In this document: positions 24,946 to 30,838 of the stretch, piece by piece | How positions within the stretch are numbered: the stretch's first letter is position 1 | Layout of the letters: each line of letters opens with the position of its first letter | NCBI GenBank assembly: GCA_043825735.1 | Contig: JBDRRP010000115.1 | Location: 124,001-154,838, forward strand | Source of the DNA: Pseudomonadota bacterium | Lineage (GTDB): Bacteria > Desulfobacterota > Desulfobacteria > Desulfobacterales > JBDRRP01 | Length of the DNA: 30,838 bases | Reading direction: 5' to 3' | Position numbers and translations under genes: made by a program | Notes under the pieces: model-generated | The model's database searches: none | The model's input: the letters and a program-made list of their open reading frames with translations, nothing else | What the model was told of the DNA's origin: nothing

Positions 24946-25956
24946 ATGCCCGATGCCATGAACCTATACCTGCGCGACGGTCACTATTACCTACGGATAT
25001 CGAGGGCAGAGGCGCCGCCGAACGGGCAGAAGGTTTCGCTGAAGAAAATCGTCGGCTACCCAGTCACCGACCGGGCCGAGGCCGAGCAGGTCATGGCCGC
25101 GCTCAAGCGCAACTGGCATAAGAAAAAAATCATCGAACTCGACCTGGGCAAACAACTGAGCCTGGCCGAGTTCCGAGGCCGATACCTCAAGTCCCGGACA
25201 GACAAATCCGCTTCCACTCTTCGCGCCGATGACCTGGCCCTTCGCCTCCTCGGGGATGCGATCGGGCACTCGATAAACGTCGGCGCGATCCGGACCCAGC
25301 ACCTGGACAAATTCAAGTCAACTTGCATTGCCAGGGGGATCCGCCGGGTGTCCCTGAACTCCTACCTGCGCCATATCCGGGCCGCCTTCGGTGTGGCCCA
25401 TGAGTGGGGATTCATGCCCCGGGTCCCGGTGGCAAAAAACACCAAGGCATCACAGCGCCGGCCCCGGATCCTAAGCAAGGTGGAAATCGCAACCGTCCTG
25501 CTCAAAGCGTCTGAACTGGATCCAGAGTTTTTGCGGGTGGTGATTTTCGCGCTGTGGACCGGTTGCCGGCGATCTGAGATCCGGCGCCTGCAATGGCAGG
25601 ATGTTAGGGGCTCCCGAGTCCGGGTCATCGGCAAGGGCGATAAGGAGCGGTTCGTCCCCCTGCTCCCGGCCGCCGCCGGCGCCCTAGGGCCCGGCCGCGA
25701 TGTAGGACCGGTGTTCCCGCAATGCCATATCGATGGTTACAGCCACCGGTTTCGCGCCATCGCCGATGCCTGCGGTATGGCCGACATCCGGTTTCATTCC
25801 CTGCGGCACTCGGCCGCATCGTACATGATTCAGTCCGGCGTCAACCCCCGGGCCGTCCAGGAGATATTGGGGCATGCCGATTTCCGGACCACACAGATCT
25901 ATATCCACATGGAGGATGATTTCGTGTCCGCGGAGATAAAGAAATTTACACTGTGA
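24946..25956 (+). CDS. int: Tyrosine integrase
   Basis: TGCRRSEI, GKG, HSLRH, LGH, TTQIY catalytic residues; adjacent to the att site. Confidence 0.95.
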   Translation: MPDAMNLYLRDGHYYLRISRAEAPPNGQKVSLKKIVGYPVTDRAEAEQVMAALKRNWHKKKIIELDLGKQLSLAEFRGRYLKSRTDKSASTLRADDLALRLLGDAIGHSINVGAIRTQHLDKFKSTCIARGIRRVSLNSYLRHIRAAFGVAHEWGFMPRVPVAKNTKASQRRPRILSKVEIATVLLKASELDPEFLRVVIFALWTGCRRSEIRRLQWQDVRGSRVRVIGKGDKERFVPLLPAAAGALGPGRDVGPVFPQCHIDGYSHRFRAIADACGMADIRFHSLRHSAASYMIQSGVNPRAVQEILGHADFRTTQIYIHMEDDFVSAEIKKFTL

Positions 25957-25967
25957 TGGGGGTCGCC

Positions 25968-25989
25968 TGCGCCCAATTTGCGCCCACTT
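25968..25989 (+). repeat. Tandem 11-bp repeats, candidate integrase arm-type sites
   Basis: TGCGCCCAATT TGCGCCCACTT between the int stop and the att core. Confidence 0.55.
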
Positions 25990-26025
25990 TCGCGCAAACC
26001 CGCGCCAGTCTAGGGGTATCAGATA

Positions 26026-26071
26026 ATTCGTAATCAGCAGGTCCGCGGTTCGACTCCGCGCGGTGGCTCCA
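26026..26071 (+). pseudogene. 3' half of tRNA-Thr(CGT), prophage att core/junction
   Basis: TTCGTAA anticodon loop, TCAG, T-arm CGCGG-TTCGACT-CCGCG, CGGTGGC-T-CCA; no 5' acceptor strand or D-arm upstream. Confidence 0.88.
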
Positions 26072-26081
26072 TGAATAGTTG

Positions 26082-26113
26082 AGGGGGCGCGGCATGTTGC
26101 CGTACCCCCTTTT
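26082..26113 (+). terminator. Terminator of the original tRNA gene
   Basis: AGGGGGCGCGGCA-TGT-TGCCGTACCCCCT followed by TTT. Confidence 0.7.
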
Positions 26114-26243
26114 CTGTAGGCCACAGTGCCTCTTGATATCATTCAGCTCATGGTTTGACAAGATTCACTGAATGCCTCAAAGTAGATCATTCGGGACGTC
26201 GCTTATCCACGAAGCTCAAGTTTAACGTCAAAGGCCAAGGGCT

Positions 26244-26570
26244 ATGAACTGCATCGATGCCATCGAAGGCGCTGTCAAATCAATTCTGACTCGGATCTGT
26301 ATTGCCTCGGGGGAAAATGCGGCAGATATGAGTGATTATATCCGCAGCATTCAATCCGTATTGGAGGCGGTTCGAATATACGTCATGAACAATCCGGAAA
26401 TCACTCCGGAGCCTGAAGTATTGATCAGGGTATTGTATCACCATGCGCGAGACAGTTGGATCGCTATGAGCGGAAACGGTGCTGCGTCAAGTGAGCCGCA
26501 GCATGAAACTCATGAATACTTAGAATATTGTTTTGATTACCTTTTTACACACGGCACCTATCCGTTATAA
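26244..26570 (+). CDS. Host hypothetical protein
   Basis: 108-aa ORF with AAGGG RBS-like site. Confidence 0.7.
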   Translation: MNCIDAIEGAVKSILTRICIASGENAADMSDYIRSIQSVLEAVRIYVMNNPEITPEPEVLIRVLYHHARDSWIAMSGNGAASSEPQHETHEYLEYCFDYLFTHGTYPL

Positions 26571-26586
26571 CCATTGGGAACTGAAT

Positions 26587-26790
26587 ATGAGCGACTTTGA
26601 TGAAAAAAAAATCAAGGCCGAATTGGAAGATATCTTCGGGAAAATTGATCGCATCGTCAAGCGCATCGACACCGAAGACCCCATGAAACCGGAACCCGAC
26701 GGTGAACACAACCATCCGGATACCGATCCGCCACCCCCATTACAACCGCCACCGGCCGTTCCCGCGCAGCAGAAGCCCTCTCAAGATTGA
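26587..26790 (+). CDS. Host small hypothetical protein with Pro-rich tail
   Basis: ATG 26587; amphipathic helix then Pro-rich tail. Confidence 0.5.
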   Translation: MSDFDEKKIKAELEDIFGKIDRIVKRIDTEDPMKPEPDGEHNHPDTDPPPPLQPPPAVPAQQKPSQD

Positions 26791-26804
26791 TGGCAACACA
26801 TGCT

Positions 26805-28226
26805 TCATTCGTTTTTCTCGAAGATGTCGTAGGTTTTCATTTTGCTGAGCAGCGAGGGGTGGCTGATTTCCAGCAGTTTCGCTGCGTGGGTACGATTCCA
26901 GCCGGTCTTTTCAAGCGCCTTTCTGATCATGACGGCTTCCAGAGTCTGTCTGGCCACTTTTAAAGAGTCGCCTTCGAGTAGCGCGCCGGCGCCGGCGCTC
27001 TCTTTGGTATGCGCCGACAGATATTCCGGCAGTGTGGATGTCTTCAGGATATCTCCATCGGAGAGAACAACGGCCCGCTGGATGATGTTTTCGAGTTCTC
27101 GGACGTTTCCGGGCCAGGCATACTCATAGAGTCTGGACATGGCGTCTGGCGAGACACCGCGCACTTTCTTATCCAGTGCCTCATTGTATCGATCGATAAA
27201 CAACTGAACCAGCGGAAGGATATCTTCTTTACGCTCCGCCAGTGGCGGTATTTGCAAATTCATTACGTTAAGTCGATAATACAGATCCTCTCTGAAAAGG
27301 CCGTTTTTGATCTCTTCTGTCAACCGCTTCGCCGTGGCGGCGATCACTCTCACATTGATTTTCAAGGACCGGTCACTGCCCACAGGACGAACCTCTCCCT
27401 CCTGGAGAACGCGAAGTAATTTGACTTGCAATGTGAGGGGGAGTTCTCCGATCTCGTCTAAAAAGATGGTACCGCCATCGGCTTCACGAAAAAGCCCGGA
27501 ATGGTGGCGTTCGGCTCCCGTAAAGGCACCTTTTCGGTGCCCGAACAGTTCACTTTCCATCAGGTTCTCAGGGATACTGCCGCAATTGACGGGTATCATC
27601 GGCTTATTACATCGGGGGCTGGCAAAATGAATCCCCTTGGCCACCAGTTCTTTGCCGGTACCGCTTTCTCCAGTGATAAGTACCGTGGTATCAAACTGAG
27701 CCACCTTTTCCGCTAAGCGAAACAACGCCTGCATGGAATGGCTGGCTGCGACCATTTTCCCGAAAGCGTGCATCTCTCCAATCGCCTTGATTTGGCGTCT
27801 CAGCGTAGTGTTCTCCTTTCTCAACCGCTCGCGCTCTTCTGCTTTTTTTAGCACTAGCTGGATTTCATCCGCCTTGAATGGTTTTGAAATAAAGTCATAC
27901 GCCCCTTTTTTCATAGCAGCGAGCGCGGTATCAACGGATCCGTAAGCCGACATCATGATCACGGTGACACCGCTGAGATAGGGCTCTCCCTGAGACAAAA
28001 ATTCGAGGCCGTCCATGCCCGGCATCCGTATATCGCAAAGGATGAAATCGTAACTGTTGCCCGCCACGCGGTCCAAGGCCGAGCGACCGTCTTGTGCCGT
28101 ATCGACGTCATAGCCGTAGGCGCTGAGCAGTTGCTGGAGCATGTGCCGCATGTTGGCTTCATCATCGATGACAAGCAGGCGTCGGCCTGCGCTCGCCGAG
28201 CGCTCATCCGGATGAGACGGCTCCAT
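26805..28226 (-). CDS. Sigma54-dependent response regulator (NtrC/AtoC family)
   Basis: Receiver (DD..D..K), GESGTGKE, GAFTGA, FLDEIGE, WPGNVREL, Fis-type HTH. Confidence 0.96.
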   Translation of the reverse strand: MEPSHPDERSASAGRRLLVIDDEANMRHMLQQLLSAYGYDVDTAQDGRSALDRVAGNSYDFILCDIRMPGMDGLEFLSQGEPYLSGVTVIMMSAYGSVDTALAAMKKGAYDFISKPFKADEIQLVLKKAEERERLRKENTTLRRQIKAIGEMHAFGKMVAASHSMQALFRLAEKVAQFDTTVLITGESGTGKELVAKGIHFASPRCNKPMIPVNCGSIPENLMESELFGHRKGAFTGAERHHSGLFREADGGTIFLDEIGELPLTLQVKLLRVLQEGEVRPVGSDRSLKINVRVIAATAKRLTEEIKNGLFREDLYYRLNVMNLQIPPLAERKEDILPLVQLFIDRYNEALDKKVRGVSPDAMSRLYEYAWPGNVRELENIIQRAVVLSDGDILKTSTLPEYLSAHTKESAGAGALLEGDSLKVARQTLEAVMIRKALEKTGWNRTHAAKLLEISHPSLLSKMKTYDIFEKNE

Positions 28227-28341
28227 GGGAAAACTCCTTGTTATTTTTGGGTCTTCTCCGATTTAGGATGCTTTTCTATCTTTTCAACCGGTTCTTCGCG
28301 TGCTCTGCGCCGCTGCCGGTGAATACGCTTTTACGGAAAAA

Positions 28342-29889
28342 TCAACATTGTGCGGCCCCACCAGCCATGGGTAAAGATATGATCACGGCCGTACCGTTGC
28401 CGGCCAGATTGGTGGCCTTGATGGTCCCCCCGGCGCTGTCGATGATCATATAGCACACCGACAATCCTAACCCGGTACCTTTTCCCGGTTCTTTGGTGGT
28501 GAAAAAGGGATCAAAGATATTGGGCAGGTGCGCCTCATCAATCCCCGGGCCGTCGTCGGACACCGTGATGACCAGTTGCTCCGGACATAAAGACCCTGAT
28601 GGCGAAACGCTCTGGTCACTGGTGCGGGTGGAAATGCGGATATGCCGGCCGCCCTCGGCCGACGCGCCGGCCAGGGCGTCTGCGGCGTTGAGCATCAGGT
28701 TGAGCAGCACCTGTTTCATCCCATGGGGCGTGCCGATGACACAGTCATTAGCGGCATCCAGATAAAGTTCCAGTTTGATGCAGCTCATCTCCGGCTGGGC
28801 ACTGAGCAGATCGGCGACATCGGCGATCACCTGGTGGACCGAAAAAGGTTTGGGACGGTCTTCAAGGGCAGGACGCGAAAAATCGAGCAATTGCCGGATA
28901 ATGCCGTTGATGCGTGCCAGTTCGTCTTCAGCCCTGCGTATGAATTCACCGCGCTGTGCGCCGCCCCCGTCGTCCTTTTTCAACAGCTCGAGATATCCAG
29001 TGACGATGCCGATGGGGTTCCCAATCTCATGAGCGATACCAGCGGAGAGACGACCCACCGAAGCCAGTTTCTCCGCCCGAATGATGTCCGATTGTGCGCG
29101 TTTGAGCTCTTCATTGGCTTTTTCCAAAGACGCAACGTTGTTGTGCAAGGCCTGGCGGTCAGTTTCGATGCGTTGCATCATCTGGTTTAAAGACCGCGAC
29201 AGCCGCGTAACATCGTTTCCATATTCAGTATTGGCTTGAAACAATAATGCATCGCTGAGTTGGTAGGCATCGGCGCGTTGCGCCAGTTTCTGAATCGGCC
29301 TGCCGGTCATTTGCCAAATGCGAAGGCTACCCACAAAAGTGAGCACCACTGCATTTATCAGAATATAAAAAAACAAGTACCCCTGGGTCGTTCTGAGTTT
29401 AGCGTAGACTTGGGTCAAATCGACGAGCAGCATGACCCGGTTGCCAAGAGTGGAATCTTCTCTCAAAGGCACTCTGACCCGAACGATCTGGGGTTGCTGC
29501 CAGAACACACCCCAGGTGCGGCCGACGAAATCGATGACCTCCGGCAGTTCTTTGTCACTCATTGCGAGTTGGACGGATTGCTTCTGACATTCGGCGCCAA
29601 AAACGGTCGGCCTGTTTTCTACAGGACGGCTTGATATGTGGACGCAAGATATGCGGTGTTCAACCAACGTCTTCTCCAGCAGATCCCTTGTACCTTCAGT
29701 CATCCCGGACGACACCTTGCTGAGATGGTACTTCAGCATCGGGACTGCTGCGGTGGCCAGTTGGATGCGATGGTCAATCATTATCTGCCGCTGAGCAATG
29801 ACGACAACAAGATCGATGGCCACCATACCGATGATTGCCACGAAAAATACAATGATGGCTATTTTGGGAGCGATATTGATATTTGCCAC
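28342..29889 (-). CDS. Membrane sensor histidine kinase (2 TM, HAMP, HisKA, HATPase)
   Basis: AHEIGNP H-box, [26 protein letters not shown]; start probably GTG 29889. Confidence 0.93.
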   Translation of the reverse strand: MANINIAPKIAIIVFFVAIIGMVAIDLVVVIAQRQIMIDHRIQLATAAVPMLKYHLSKVSSGMTEGTRDLLEKTLVEHRISCVHISSRPVENRPTVFGAECQKQSVQLAMSDKELPEVIDFVGRTWGVFWQQPQIVRVRVPLREDSTLGNRVMLLVDLTQVYAKLRTTQGYLFFYILINAVVLTFVGSLRIWQMTGRPIQKLAQRADAYQLSDALLFQANTEYGNDVTRLSRSLNQMMQRIETDRQALHNNVASLEKANEELKRAQSDIIRAEKLASVGRLSAGIAHEIGNPIGIVTGYLELLKKDDGGGAQRGEFIRRAEDELARINGIIRQLLDFSRPALEDRPKPFSVHQVIADVADLLSAQPEMSCIKLELYLDAANDCVIGTPHGMKQVLLNLMLNAADALAGASAEGGRHIRISTRTSDQSVSPSGSLCPEQLVITVSDDGPGIDEAHLPNIFDPFFTTKEPGKGTGLGLSVCYMIIDSAGGTIKATNLAGNGTAVIISLPMAGGAAQC

Positions 29890-30097
29890 AGGTGCCCCTG
29901 AATACGCGGATGAATGATGACAACGCAGCGGGCGTCTGGCCCCTTTTCGTGACAAGCATATTACAGGGGCGCGGCGGCTTCAACAAAAGAGTGTCCATCT
30001 GGGGATTCTGGCCCGGTTGTCAAAAGGAAAACAATTAACGGGAGGAGCGCTGAACGAAGCGTTTGCAGGTTGATTCAAATGTGGATGGGCACTAACT

Positions 30098-30131
30098 AAA
30101 AAAACCCGGGGTCACGGATGACCCCGGGTTT
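30098..30131 (-). terminator. rRNA operon terminator
   Basis: AAACCCGGGGTCA/TGACCCCGGGTTT stem plus T-run on the minus strand, just after 5S. Confidence 0.85.
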
Positions 30132-30140
30132 ATAAAAATT

Positions 30141-30258
<118 letters not shown>

Positions 30259-30337
30259 AAACTTGTTGCTTTTCGATGTACAGTTTTACAATCTGGATGA
30301 ATGATGATCGCAATCAACTGATTGTGCGAATTATTTT

Positions 30338-30838
<501 letters not shown>

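Larger units (their letters stand above)
1..26071. mobile_element. Integrated temperate prophage (partial, continues left of the window), inserted at tRNA-Thr(CGT)
   Basis: Terminase, cI/cro switch, replication and recombination genes, and a tyrosine integrase followed by a tRNA 3'-half; host-type genes begin after 26071. Confidence 0.95.

Noticed and set aside
26000..26071. Intact tRNA-Thr gene
   Set aside because: 5' acceptor strand and D-arm are missing; only the 3' half is present

Overview
Bases 1-~26070 are one end of an integrated temperate prophage. Bases ~26070-30838 are host chromosome: two hypothetical genes, a sigma54-dependent two-component pair, 5S rRNA and the 3' end of 23S rRNA. 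The phage has a lambdoid cI/cro switch at ~7.0-7.9 kb. The leftward operon runs cro, cII-like, replication initiator, loader-like, a secreted fibre-like protein, RuvC-like, DUF1937, two Zn-ribbon regulators, then a P1-type terminase (PacA/PacB-like). The rightward early operon starts with a DUF1874/AcrIII-1-like ring nuclease homologue. It continues with an SSAP-like/SbcD/SbcC recombination module, an amino-MTase/DUF1643/SF2 helicase/C5-MTase block, SSB, small ORFs, Xis-like, ASCH, DUF5131 and a tyrosine integrase. It ends at the 3' half of tRNA-Thr(CGT), the att junction. Highlights: a divergent AcrIII-1-like first early gene behind a structured leader; a signal-peptide fibre-like gene bracketed by terminators; QxxLF clamp-like motifs in three neighbouring DNA-modification proteins; SSB-tail mimics; P1-like packaging in a lambdoid prophage. 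All family calls come from motif recognition by eye and recalled reference sequences; no searches were run.
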